A stretch of 64,000 nt of DNA from contig NC_045707.1 in assembly GCF_009834535.1 (NCBI RefSeq), positions 19,282,001 through 19,346,000 of the forward strand. Reading direction: 5' to 3'. The stretch comes from Camelus ferus (lineage: Eukaryota). A model generated the notes under the pieces. The model searched no databases. It had not been told where the DNA came from and worked only from the letters and a program-made list of their open reading frames with translations. Shown one piece after another: positions 25,167 through 37,940 of this stretch; within the stretch, counting starts at the first letter, position 1; every line of letters begins with the position of its first letter. The translations under genes and the position numbers were made by a program.

Positions 25167-25529
25167 TACATGGTTGGATGTAGGATATTTGAAAGTCAAA
25201 AGTCCTCTCATGCTGCTTCACATCTGCTTTGACCTGAATAACTTGGTAAAAGGCCACAATATTTGGTGAAATAATGACTAGGTGAAAATGAGCCCTACTG
25301 CAATAACAGCAAAATGTGACTTGCAGATCTCATGACAATTTCTTCCATCCTTCTCTAATCTCATAGAACATGAGTTTGTAGGTGGTCTTGAAAACCAAAG
25401 GCTTAGGATGAAACAGTGGGTCATGGCAACACCGTAGTTTCTAAGGCAAGAAAAGACCATTAAAGGAAGGCGTGATTAAGTGTGCCAAATATTTATGAGA
25501 AGTTGAGAAGAAATAGCTTTGCATTATCT

Positions 25530-25830
25530 GTTAATTTTTAGCTATACAGTGGCTATTGACAACTCAGAAAAAGCAATTTTGAAAGAGCAGTAAGAGGACA
25601 AACCAGATTCAAGTTATTTATGAATAAACAGAAGTTGAGAAATGAAAAAAATGATGGAAACAACATGGAAACATTTGGCCGTGAAAGGGAGGAGAAAGGG
25701 TGATTGATACCTAGGGAGAAACAGAAGATGAGACAAGATTATTTAGGTTGTTCTTCACTATGTTTTCAAGAGAGAACCAGGAGCCTATTTAATAGCCGTT
25801 GTGAAGGAGTCATCTCAAAGTCCCTCCCTG
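25530..25830 (-). mobile_element. L2 fragment
   Basis: Purine-rich text resembling antisense L2 (ggaaacatttggccgtgaaagggaggag). Confidence 0.45.
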
Positions 25831-25864
25831 TCTCCTCTGTACTTACATTTTGAAAATACAGTAG

Positions 25865-26145
25865 TGTAACGTTAATTTTAGGGTTTTAATTGGCCTAATT
25901 TCAATATTGTTGTGTCCTGGGGAGCAGGGAGGCCTGTGGAGAGGAGAGGATGGCCGGTCGGTCAGTGGAGTAGTCACNNNNNNNNNNNNNNNNNNNNNNN
26001 NNNNNNNNNNNNNNNNNNNNNNNNNNNNNNNNNNNNNNNNNNNNNNNNNNNNNNNNNNNNNNNNNNNNNNNNNNNNNNNNNNNNNNNNNNNNNNNNNNNN
26101 NNNNNNNNNNNNNNNNNNNNNNNNNNTAATATGTGACAGAGACAC
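25865..26145. mobile_element. Tigger1 fragment (gapped)
   Basis: ttggcctaatttcaatattgttgtgtc...gggaggcc...ggccggtcggtcagtggag resembles recalled Tigger1. Confidence 0.65.
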
Positions 26146-26284
26146 NNNNNNNNNNNNNNNNNNNNNNNNNNNNNNNNNNNNNNNNNNNNNNNNNNNNNNN
26201 NNNNNNNNNNNNNNNNNNNNNNNNNNNNNNNNNNNNNNNNNNNNNNNNNNNNNNNNNNNNNNNNNNNNNNNNNNNNNNNNNNNN

Positions 26285-26445
26285 GCGCTGGATCCCCAGA
26301 ACTTACTCATCTTATAACTGGAAGTTTATTCCTTTGACTGACATCTCCTCATTCCTCCCACCCCCAACCCTGCCTCTGGAAACCCTTATTTCTGTTTCTG
26401 TTAAGTTTGGCTTTTTTGGATTCCACATATAAGTGAGATCATATC
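26285..26445 (-). mobile_element. L1 3' UTR fragment
   Basis: ccagaacttactcatcttataactggaagttt...ggattccacatataagtgagatcata. Confidence 0.75.
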
Positions 26446-26560
26446 TTGACTGCAACCTCATTAAAGGCTGTGAGTCAAACTCCCCCAGATAAACTGAATT
26501 CCAGAATCACAGAAATTGTGAGGTAATCGACATTTATTACTGAAGTGCCCACAAGATGGC
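26446..26560 (+). mobile_element. MLT1-type LTR fragment
   Basis: cttgactgcaacctc...cagaatcacagaaattgtgaggtaat matches the MLT1 3' part. Confidence 0.55.
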
Positions 26561-29500
26561 AGTAATACATAGTCAGTGACTGCATTGTACGCTGACTTTA
26601 GGAATTAACTTGATAAGGAACTGAACTACTGTAGAGTGCTGATTTGGAAACCTACACAGGGAGCTGTATTTTATCCGAATTTTGGGGGGAGCAGGTGATA
26701 TTTATTTAGGAACAGATAAGGCAGAAATAACTCCACTGAAGTTTACTTCCTCTTTGGGTAAGGGAATTCTCATGGCCTTCTTATTGAGCTCTGATAAGAA
26801 CTATTATTTAAAAGTTTTGAAAACCAAACAAAAGCCTGATATGTGAGTCAATAGTGCACCATTTTTATTTGAATTTTCTTTCCTGATATTACAAATCTAT
26901 CCTTCATATGGTACAGAGTTATTTATTTGGTACAGATATGAATTAAAATAGATCGAATGTATTTGATAGCTTTTTCTTTGAAATGATTACAAAAATGATG
27001 AAAAGTGATTTGTTTTACTTATTTTAAAGATATATGTTTCCAACTGAAAATTTAAAAAAAAAGATTTTAAACTATTATACCATTGTTACTTAGTTTGCTT
27101 GGAAAATAAGTATTAAGAATTTTTTATTCATTTTTCACAAATGCAGGAAGCTTTCCTTTTACTATTGCTGAAGGAAGTAAAATTAGAAGTGGTAAAATTT
27201 CCTGTTTAGCTATTTGTTGTGTCACCTGTTCATGTTAGTTTAACCTTAAACTCCCAGGGCCTTAAAGGCTTTCTGCCCCCTGGAGATTTTGTTAGAATTT
27301 TTTAGAATCATTCTTGCTGTGCTAATCTGTAACTGTTTTAAACTTATTTTTATTATGAGTTGGTTCTACAACAAATATATTATAATAAAATAAAGAGAGG
27401 GACCTCACAGTCTTGTAAGTTCATTACAAAACACTTTAAAGAATAATGCTATGTCTCTGCCTACTGAATTAAAATAGCCTTTGAAATTCCAGGGATAAAA
27501 TATTCTAAGGATTAAAAAAGAAAGAAAAATTGCTTATTTCTTTATAGCATTAACCATGTTAGATATATATAGGATATTGCTTTCACGGAAAAATATGTGA
27601 CTCTTGGTACCGTTTACAACTTTTTCATAGAAACCAAACCAATAGCCAACCTATTTAAGGTATAAAACTACAATAAAATACATGCCAATTATCAGCTTAA
27701 CTTGCTCAGTTTAATCATTTAAATGATTATTATTAGTAAAATATATGTTTAAAATAATAAAATTTTTAAAATGAAATAAAAAAATAAAATTTAGAATCAT
27801 GTAAATCATATTAACTTTCAAGGGCATGGTACAAATTTACTCTATCAGTTTTGGACCAAAGTCTATCCCACCAAAAAATACAAAAACTTTTACAGGGAAA
27901 TCTAAAATCTATGTTCCTAATAGAGTTGTGGTATATTAATAATTGTAATCCTAAAGGACTGACCAGTCTGCCCTACAGACCCACCACAAATATCTATTAT
28001 TAAGAAATACATATTGAATTGCAGCCACTATGACTTAAAGAAAATGTAAACAGTTCATGAAAATTTGATGTTCTTTCCCATGAGGTAAAACAGTTGTTTA
28101 ATTAGCAGTAGTCCCTTCTAATAATGTCCCAGGGGTCATTTCCCCAAAGCCAGTTACATTTTTAAATATTATTACTAGAATATATCAACCATTTAATGCC
28201 AGTGCAAGGCAAATTTGTCTAAGGTATTTGCTTAATTCTGAAGATTTGAGACAAGTCACAGATTTCAAGATCAGTTAACCATTCTCACAAATATTACTTA
28301 TCTTTTAAAAAATCATTAAATTTCTAATTAAAGAAGAAATACGGGATTTTATTTGGTAAGATAGATCCAGATATTTCTTTATGATTTATTTTGTTCCTTG
28401 ATTTAAAAATAACTAATTCTATCTGTGCTCTGTGTATAACAAAAACATTTTAAGAAAAATAAATACGGGATCTTGCTTATATATGAAAAAAGGAATAACT
28501 GGATGCTTTACTAAAATAAAAGAAGACAAAAAATAATAGAGCTTTTGTTCTGTCTAGAAAGCTACAGAATGCTAAGGAAGAGCATATTAAGAAAACAATG
28601 GTTGTGTATTTAAGAAATGCTGTGGATTTGAAACTCACAGAGTATTTTAAATTCAGATTTTGGGCTTATTTGCTCTCTGGTTTTTACTAATTTACATTTT
28701 GGGTTGTTAGAAATGCTGTTCTAGTTAGAGAAATTTAATAATGATCTCAGCTTCAGGCTGTAACTCCAAATACCGATATAATTGCATTGGTTTTGTAATC
28801 ATTTTTATGAGAAAACATACATTTGTGAGAAACCTGGTTAGAATGAATGATAAAGTGTATTTTCTAGAAAATTTTGAAGCTGGTCTACTTCCTGAGAAAC
28901 ATCTCTGGCCTCATTAGGACATAACCAATAAATTAGTGGACTTAAGTAAATGTCATTAAATTATTAAAACTCCATGCAACAAGTAAAATGGTACATTCTC
29001 TAGAGCTGTGTAGCAATAATGGAAACTCATCTATAGTTTTAAAGGGTTTAAAAAAGACATCAGCATAAGTCTGTGGTAGTAACTGCAACATCACTGCCAA
29101 TGCATCTTGTTTTTTAGAGAATATACGCAAAGGAATCAGTAGTTTTTTTTTTGTTTGGTTGGTGGTTTTTTTTAAGATATAGAGAGACTGAGAGGGACAT
29201 TTGGAGGTACATTTCTGTGACACTGTAAAACTCTAGTTCTCCAAACTTTTAATGAATTTAAATGTGCCCATGCAAGGTAGAATATGTACAGTGCTAATTA
29301 TCAAATAAAGAAACTGACAATTTTCTTGGATAACCTTATTCAGATCTCATAGTGGAGACCATGGATGGTACACTGTAGAACTTGGTCACTCAAGGACCAG
29401 CCATTTAACCTAGCATTGTTTTCTACCACCTTAATTTCAGAATTCTGAGAGGCAGTGGTGGTGGAGGCATTTCAGGGATATGCTAAAAATCATTGGACTA

Positions 29501-30475
29501 TTACAAAATCTTGATACCTTCATCAGTTCATATATATAATATATATATATATGTATTTTCTTTTTTGCTTAAGACAAATGATGGAGTATTTTTAGAATCA
29601 CAACAAGTCTGGAATTGTTGCAGAATGCTGGTGAACATGATAATGCATGTGAACCTATTTTTAAGTTTTGCTAAATATACCAGGAATGATAATAATGTTG
29701 TTGCTGCGATTAATGATGATGCGAATAGTATTGAAGTGGGATTTGCAATAGGGGTGAAAGGTAATGGTCTCAATCACCGCCACATCTATTACCTGTTATT
29801 ATGGGGCACTAGCAGCATGGATGTCTGGGATCACCAGAGTTCTTTTCCGTATGCTATGGAGGATATTGGGTTGAGAATTTACCATAAACAAAATGGATAA
29901 GTGAGATACTACCAAAGCACATATATCTTTGAAGTAGAATGAATACAGAAGGGTCATTTGTTTCAGAATAGATCTATAGACTGTGAGTTTTCAACTCCTT
30001 ATATGCAGAGGGGAAATCTATTTTAAATATCTTTTGACTTTAAAATAAAGTAGTTAAGTTCTTTTAAATTAAATTTGAAAAACATCTTATAAAATAATTG
30101 ATCCAATACATACCTAATCCCAAATATTTGAAAAAAATGAAACATTGTGCAGCTCAGCTCCAATGTGGCATTAGGAATAACTGTTTTCCAACTGATGTTT
30201 TTGTGATTGCTAATGTTTGATATGCTATTGCTCAGGAAGATCTGTACAGAAAATATTTATATCATTGTACTTACGATCAAAATAGCCTACTCTAAATAAG
30301 ATACAGTGTTTGAGATCATAATTGAATGAGTAATTTCATGATTGGATTTTTATTGGACACACAAGAGTAAGGGACTAGTTCCCACTTGTGACCATGCAGA
30401 TCTGGAGAAAACGGACAGTCTGTTGAGAGTTTAGCTAAATTACTTCATAATACTACTCATTCAGTATCCATTTTG

Positions 30476-31028
30476 TGTGGCGACTGGAGCACGTACCCTA
30501 GATAACGGCCCAGGAGTCATCAGTAAATGTTAAGTTTCTTCTTTTTTAATTTATTTTTGAAGGGAGGGGAGGTCATTAGGTCTATTTATTTATTACTAGT
30601 TTTCTCTTTTTTAATGGAGGTACTGGGGATTGAATCCGGGACCCTGTGCATGTCAAGCATGCGCTCTACCATTTAAGCTGTACTCTCCTTCCCAAATGTA
30701 AGTTTCTGATATGACCCCTGCCAACTGCCCTTGTGATAGTCTCCCCTGCCTTCCAGGCCTTTCCCTTGTGTGCCCCTTAGAGGAAACCCCTGGGAAGCAT
30801 ACTTGCTCTTTTTTAATGAATTAACCATTCTGGCCTTAGCCAGGGAACCTGAAAGGACTCCAGCCTTGGACCCTAATAAAGGCACGTAGCGCAGATCCAG
30901 CATCTCTCTCTCCAGGATCCTGCCTTGACTTCCCCCTGTGGTCCCTCCTCCAGGACCTGAAAGCAATAAACTTCTCTATTTCACTTTGCCTTGTGATCTT
31001 TTGTTGAAGCCTCGCTCACCATCCTACA
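30476..31028 (+). mobile_element. Solo LTR (ERV), interrupted by a SINE
   Basis: Starts TGTGG and ends CCTACA; TATA-like TAATAAA at 30874, AATAAA at 30965. No clean target-site duplication found. Confidence 0.65.
30541..30692 (-). mobile_element. Camelid tRNA-derived SINE (vic-1 type)
   Basis: The minus strand reads ggagagtacagcttaaatggtagagcgcatgcttgacatgcacagggtcccggattcaatccccagtacctcc followed by an A-rich tail. Flanking imperfect repeat aaatgt(t)aagtttct. Confidence 0.85.
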
Positions 31029-31883
31029 GTTCTGGGCTCCTCTCAACGATGCTAATTTAGCAAGTCACAACACAGTGGGAAGCAGAACTATTTTGATGGC
31101 CAGGAACGGAGATGAATGTTAGAAGAAAGACGTCTACATTGCGACTCATATTTGTTCAGAAGGTTGCTTTTTTTAAGTCCAACTCAAATAATATGACTGT
31201 GTGCATAGTAAGAAACTGTGGCCCTGTGGAATGAAATTATGGTTTATGAGGCACTATCAAAATTCGTATAAATTAGCAGTCTCATGAAGACTGCAGAAAA
31301 GCAGCAAAATCATAAGTACATGTTATGTTTTTGTTTGCTTATGTTTATTTACTGAGTTTCTCTCATATATACATATATGAGTATGTACGTGTATATATGG
31401 ATGTAAATATGTGTGTGCATAGTGGATGGTATGGTGTAATAGGCACTCCATGCAGTAGAAACATGTCATTTATGTAATCCGAGATTGGAAAAGTCAAACT
31501 AGCCCAGAATTCATCTTTTTGCACCCTGGATCTATTTTTTAAAAATTCATAGATGATTGTCTTTTAATTATGAGTTGTCTAAACTCTTTCTACTTCGTAA
31601 TGAAAAATCGCATGCCTCTGATGAAGAATACAAGCTACAGCCTGTGATCACTGATGAGCGAAACACTGCACCAAGGTGATTAGCAGTTAGCAGGATTCTT
31701 GCAAAGTATTTCTTTCCCCCATATTTTATCTCACTGTAAACATTCTGCTTCAGAGAAACAGAATGGGAAGACAACTGAGATCAGAGATGTGTTTACGGAT
31801 TTTATTAATATATTTGAGATTATATCTATATTTAGAGTATCCTTGGATACGCATACTTTGATTCTTAGAAACTGGGCTAAGAT

Positions 31884-32834
31884 ATGATTTGTGAAAATCA
31901 CACCCAAGTGACTGAGTTTATTCTTCTTGGTTTTACCAACAAGTCTGAGATGCAAGTTTCCCTCTTTGTTTTGTTCCTGGCCATCTATACGGTCACTTTG
32001 TTGGGCAATTTTCTTATTGTCACAGTTACCAGCGTGGATCCTGCTCTTCAAACACCCATGTACCTCTTTCTTAGAAACCTGTCCCTTCTGGAAGTCTGTT
32101 TCACCTTGGTCATGGTGCCGAAGATGCTGGTAGACCTAGTGTCCCCCAGGAAAATCATCTCTTTTGTAGGCTGTGGTGCCCAGATGTACTTCTTTTTCTT
32201 CTTTGGCAGCTCTGAATGTTTCCTTCTCTCTATGATGGCTTACGATCGCTTTGTGGCCATCTGTAACCCTCTCCGTTATTCAGTCGTAATGAATAGGTCC
32301 CTCTGCTTGTGGATGGCTGTGGGTTCCTGGATGTCTGGTGTTCCTGTCTCTATGCTACAGACAGCTTGGTTGATGGCCCATCCTTTCTGTGGACCAAACA
32401 CCATAGACCACTTCTTCTGTGATGGTCCCCCAGTGTTGAAACTAGTCACCCAGGATACAACCATGTACGAAATGCAAGCACTTGGCTCCACACTACTATT
32501 TATTATGTTTCCCTTTTCCCTCATTTTGGTTTCCTACACCCACATTATTAAAACCATCCTGATGATGCCCTCTGCTACTGGCCGCCAGAAGGCGTTCTCC
32601 ACTTGTTCATCCCACCTTATTGTGGTGTCCCTTTTCTATGGAACAGCCAGCTTGACCTACCTACGGCCCAAGTCCAACCAGTCGTCTGAGAGCAAGAAGA
32701 TAGTATCGTTGTCCTACACTGTCATCACACCTATGCTAAACCCCATCATCTACAGCCTAAGAAACAACGAAATGAAGGGGGCAGTCAAGAGGACAATCAC
32801 TCGAAAAGTCTTGCAGAAGTTAGATGTGTTTTGA
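31884..32834 (+). CDS. OR10A7: Olfactory receptor 10A7, intact 316 aa
   Basis: MICENHTQVTEFILLGFTN...KRTITRKVLQKLDVF is recognisably near-identical to human OR10A7, including both termini. Acceptor ttcttag ends at 31868. Confidence 0.93.
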   Translation: MICENHTQVTEFILLGFTNKSEMQVSLFVLFLAIYTVTLLGNFLIVTVTSVDPALQTPMYLFLRNLSLLEVCFTLVMVPKMLVDLVSPRKIISFVGCGAQMYFFFFFGSSECFLLSMMAYDRFVAICNPLRYSVVMNRSLCLWMAVGSWMSGVPVSMLQTAWLMAHPFCGPNTIDHFFCDGPPVLKLVTQDTTMYEMQALGSTLLFIMFPFSLILVSYTHIIKTILMMPSATGRQKAFSTCSSHLIVVSLFYGTASLTYLRPKSNQSSESKKIVSLSYTVITPMLNPIIYSLRNNEMKGAVKRTITRKVLQKLDVF

Positions 32835-32949
32835 GCTCTGTTGGGTAGAGCTGTTTTGAACAAAGTAGGAGCACCACAAGCCTTGAATAAAAGCTTACAA
32901 GGAGTGGAAGATTTGCTCTTACTTTGTCAGGCTCACTTACTATGACAGG

Positions 32950-33352
32950 TAAGTCTCAGGATTTCAGTCAGAGTCTCAGCTCAAATTGGGATAGTTGAGA
33001 GAATCTTTATGAAGGGATTATTTGCAAACTGTGGGGCGGCTCATATGACGGAACTTCCTTATCCCTTGATCTGAAGGGCAAGGAGAAGGAGAATGAACTG
33101 GAGTCTGGAGAATGCTAAGACTATAAGAAAAAGCCACTCGCCAGGAGCTCTCTTCTTTAGAAGAGGAAGGCAGCCATCCCAGCCTGATTCTGCCCTGACT
33201 CTCTCAAATCTACTGCTGGTGTCTGTTCTTGACTAAACCAAATCTGAGACAGAGGGCGAGAATGTCCATCGATGCAGTAATCAAGGGACCATCTTCTGGA
33301 GCATGGATCAGGATGGAAAAATTTATGAAGGGTAAATGAAAATATCACCAGA
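32950..33352. mobile_element. MLT1-type MaLR LTR
   Basis: gactaaaccaaatctgagacagagggcgagaatgtccatcgatgcag...aaaatatcacca resembles the end of an MLT1. Confidence 0.5.
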
Positions 33353-35348
33353 AACCACTATTTATTCGGCAGCTAATGTGATGCAAAGACTAATCTGTAA
33401 TGTGTTTTGAGTGAAGTTTTAAAAGGTGGAGAGTATTGAAAGGTGGAGATTCGCAGTTGCCAAGAATTCATGGTGCAAATTCTTTATATGTGTGGCTGGT
33501 TTAAATAAGGTTATTTAATAAAATTACCTTAGTATTAATATTTGGTGACACGATTCTGAACTTCGTTGATCATTGGATCAACTGGTTACTCATTTGTATT
33601 AATCAAATGTGACTTAGAATTTAAAGAACAAACTTTATTTGACACAACATTGTAAAATGAATATAACTCAATAAAAAAATGTTTAAAGGCAAAAATCTCA
33701 CACCTTATTTAAAATGAAAAAAAAAAGAACAAACTTTGCTTGATAATATTGTAAAAGCAAGAGTAAAGATAGTAAGAAGCAACATGATTTATGAAGTCAC
33801 TGCCTATAACAAATGCGACTGAGTCAGTTTAATTTTGGAAAATCTCTTATTTCCATTAGCAAAGGAAATATATTGGCTTTGAATATGTAATTTATGCATA
33901 ATGGTAACAGTTGCTCTAAGACTTCATTAGTCAGTGTTTTTCTTCACTGTACAAAATTTTCTTTAAGCAATAATAACTCCCTAATCATTTGTTGTCAATT
34001 TTCAGGAAAATTTAAAAATCATTGTAAATTTCCAACTTTTGATGACTATTTTAATTTAATTGTGATTCCCCGAGGTTTGCATCCATTGAGTGTGGTGGGA
34101 GTTTGGGGTAGGAAATATCAGTTCTTTTAAATCTTTCTCCTCCAATGGCCTTTTAATTTCTTAAGTCTAGCTCAGATATTTTAAAATTAATGTTACTAAG
34201 TTCAATGACCATCTGGTAAGACTATTGCAATGGTTTCCTGCTAGCTGTATGTGACTCGAGTAGATTGTGAGATTGTAAAATGAATTGAGTAGTGCATGTG
34301 TTATGTATTTAATAACTAGCAAAATTAAACATAGAATAGAATAAAATAAGCAATATATGAAAAAAGCTTATGGGAGCACTTGATACATAGTAAACACTAT
34401 GTGATTGTTTGATAGTGTTTGTTAGAATAACAAAATATAGAGGATTCTGCAAATGTTTTAGTTATGCATACATTATCTTCTGAATGAAATGTAAATTAAT
34501 TTCTTCTGTAAGGTGCGAGCAAAAATGTTAAAAAGTGATGCACCTCTTGCATATCCTGTTATTTATAAACTATGATTTTTTTGTAGGGAATTTATAATAT
34601 AACTACTATGTTTCAAATAGTTTTATTAAAATTGATACAAGTCACAGAATTACAAGACCTTCATGGAGATTTTTTTTTTTTTTTAATTTTTAGCCTCAAT
34701 TTACAAGTTGATTTTTTTCTTTAAAGTTCCAAAACCTAGTTAATAGGGTCAGTGTGATATCTAGAGGTATGATTGAAAAGATTGGTTTGGTAAGTTGTTG
34801 TCCCAAACAAGTGATGTCATCACTAACGGTAATTCCAGACTTTACTTTGGGCCAAATATTTTCATCATTGTTCTTATGGTGATACAATTGACTTTTTGGT
34901 TGTAGTGAAAAGACAGTTTTGCATGAGTCCTTTCTAAGTTTACAATTCCGTAGACTACTTCCAAATATGTTTCCCTTATCGTAGTTACAAGCAATTTTGG
35001 AAATATTTCCTCTAAATGTCCTTAAGTTTGAGTGTTAGAGGGTGTCATCAAAGGCCAAACCTCATACACATAAGATAAGAATTGGTTAGATTGGTTAGTT
35101 TACATATTATCCAATCCTGTTACATACAGGGGAGCCGAGGTAAGAAGAAAAATCAAGTGTATCTGGTATTTCGGCATAGCTTAAAAAGTCTGTCTTTGGT
35201 TTATTTGAACAGCGCTCAAGTCAAATTAACGAATCCAAACAAATACATAGCATTGCTTCATATTTATATTTTAATGTGAAATGAACAAAACTGTCCTAAA
35301 GGAGTTTTAGATTTGTTTAGGAGACATAACTTAAGAACCATTAGCTAA

Positions 35349-35474
35349 GGGGGTAGGGTACAGCTCAGTGGTAAAGTGCATGCTTAGCATGCACGAGGTC
35401 CTGGGCTTGGGGTCGGAGTACCTCCGTTAAAAAATAAATAAATAAATAACCTAATTACTACCCCCCCCCAAAAA
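35349..35474 (+). mobile_element. Camelid tRNA-derived SINE (vic-1 type) with 15-bp target-site duplication
   Basis: gggggtagggtacagctcagtggtaaagtgcatgcttagcatgcacgaggtcctggg...; perfect TSD aagaaccattagcta at 35333-35347 and 35475-35489. Confidence 0.92.
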
Positions 35475-35899
35475 AAGAACCATTAGCTAGTAAAAATACA
35501 ATTATATAATGAAGTGATAAAGCAAACTTCTCACTCTCCAAAATCAATGCTGCAGTAACAAATACATGCACATTTATAAATTAATATCGATAGTGAGTGC
35601 TGTGGGTGTTTGGGTAGCAGACAGAATAAAATTTATTTAAAATGATGATTCATTGTGGAATGAAACCTACAGACTTGGCAGTCAGATAATCACTCATTTG
35701 AATTCAGAATTCAATACTCAGTAACAACCTATTTATCCTCCATGAACTTTCATTTTTTCCCGTGTTTGTGGCAAAGTCAGGTGAGTTTCTATTGTGCTGT
35801 TACAATTTGATGTACCCAGAAAAGAAGGGACAGTGATTATTTACAGACCACATAGCCTCTGGACTCCTCATTTTATGATTCTTAGGGGAAGGCTGAAAC

Positions 35900-36310
35900 C
35901 ACCTTCTATGAAGATGTGAAGCCAGATACACCATATTTTACCCAGACTCCCTTACAGCTAGTTGATGGGTGTGCAACCTAAGCTCACGGAATCACATTTT
36001 GAATCTCAGTTTAACCACGCAGAGAAGTGAGGGCAGTGGGGATGAAGCCAGGGGCTCCCAGCGCCCAGGGACCACGGAGACTGAAGCGCTATGGCGGTGC
36101 CAGTGCCTGATGCCCGGAGTGCTAGCTTAAGCTGTGGCATCCAGGGTCCAGCAGGGCCACAGCAGTGTGTTGATACAACTGATTCTGGAGCGTTAATTTG
36201 GATGTCCACTGTGGTCCTGGTTATGCTTTGCATTTCCCTTCCTATTGTGTATGTGGTGTGCTTCTAAATATTTTTTCAATATTTTTCCTGTGTAAATCAT
36301 TGAGTCAGTT
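35900..36310 (+). mobile_element. Ancient ERVL LTR (LTR33/LTR16-like)
   Basis: cccagactcccttacagctag..., GC-rich middle gcatccagggtccagcag...ctgattctggagcgttaatttgg...ctgtggtcctgg follows the recalled LTR33 layout. Confidence 0.55.
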
Positions 36311-36834
36311 AAAATTCTTTTTAAGTGAAGAATGCTAGTGGATAAAAATCAAACAAATCAGGAAACAAATGTCATTTGACTGAATTTATTTGAAAGATCC
36401 ATCAAAATGGCTCATACAGAAGCCTTTTGGAAGGAACACTTGAATCTAGAGGGAAAAATTTTTGCATCTATATGTATATTTGGTATATATAGATATGGAG
36501 AGATAGAACCCTCACTTAGATGTGAATAACCTTCTATGTGTGTGTTACTTGGGTATCTGGAAGACAGTAACAATTTAAACAATAAGGCTTTTAAATGTGA
36601 CCTTAAACACTACAATGGTATTTTTTATTTTTAGATTAGTTGAATGTGCTTTTTTTACTTCAACCATTGGCAGATTTGTGAAGAAATGTTACATTTTGTT
36701 TAAAAAGTGATAATCAGTTTTCAATCCACTTTTTAATCTTAATGTGAACAAAAACCATATATGAATAAAGCAAAATCAAAGTGTGGTAAAAAAAAAAACA
36801 CTAATCTTAGTTTTAAAAAACCCAAGTGCATATA

Positions 36835-37940
36835 CATCAACTAATATTTGCCAAGAGAGACAAAAGTACTCAACGGAGGAAAGACAGTCTCTTCAGTAAA
36901 TGGTGCTGGGAAAACCAGATATTTGTATGTAAAAAATGAAACTAAACCTTTATCTTACATCACTCACAAAAATTAATTTGAAATGGATTAAAGACTTAAA
37001 TGTAAGACATGAAACCATAAAACTCCTAGAAGAAAACAGGGAAGAAGCCTCCTGACGTGGGTCTTGGCTATGATTTTTGGATAGAAAACTTAAAGCAAAA
37101 ACAACAAAATAAAAAATTAACAAATGGGACTTCTCCAAACTAAAAAGCTTCTTCTGCACAACAAAAGAAATAATCACCAAAATGAAAAGGCAACTGCAGG
37201 ATGGGAGAAAATATCTGCAATTTCTCTAATAAGAGGTCAATTTCCAAAATAAATAAAGAACTCATACAACTCAATAGCAAAAAAACAAACAATCCAATTA
37301 AAAATGGGCAAAGAACCTGAACGGACATTTTTCGAAAAAAAGATATTCACATAGTCAACATTTGAAAGGTGCTCAATGTCATTGATCGTTAGGGAAATGC
37401 AAATCAAAATTACAATGAATTATCAACTCATACTGTTAGAATGGCTACTATCTAAAAGACAAGAGATAACAAGTGATGGCAAGGATGTGGAGAAGGGGAA
37501 CCCCTTGTGCACTGTTGGTGGAATTGTAAATTGGTATAGCCACTATGGAAACAGTGTGGAAGTTCCTCAAAAAATTAAAAATACAACTACTATATGATCC
37601 TGCAATTGCATTTCTGTGTATTTATCCAAAGGAAACAAAAGCACTATATTGAAGAGATACCCTCACTCTCATGTTTATTGCAGCATTATTTAAAATAGCC
37701 AAGACAGGGATACAACCCAAGTGTTCATTACAGATGAATAGATAAAGAAAATGTGGTGTATATACACATACAACAGAACACAATTAAGCTATAAAAAAGA
37801 AGGAAATCTTGCCACTTGCAACATGGTTGGAACTTGAGGACATTATGCTAAGTGAAATAAGTCAGACAGATTAAAACAAATACCGTATGATTTCACTTAC
37901 ATGTAGAATTTAAAGAAAACCAAACTCATAGAAAAAGAGA
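36835..37940 (+). mobile_element. L1 ORF2 3' end plus start of 3' UTR (decayed)
   Basis: aaagacagtctcttcagtaaatggtgctgggaaaac...aacccaagtgttc...ggacattatgctaagtgaaataagtcag. The track ORFs here are L1-derived. Confidence 0.9.

Noticed and set aside
24108-26432. Long track ORFs full of X
   Set aside because: Artefacts of N gaps inside L1 and Tigger repeats.
35349-35425. tRNA-like A box suggesting a tRNA gene
   Set aside because: Has an A-rich tail and a TSD, with no complete cloverleaf; it is a SINE.
36091-36267. 58-aa ORF with a good Kozak context and hydrophobic C-terminus (MAVPVPDARS...LIWMSTVVLVMLCISLPIVYVVCF), below the track cutoff
   Set aside because: It lies inside what appears to be a decayed LTR33/LTR16-type LTR, and I recognise no protein homolog; most likely a chance ORF.
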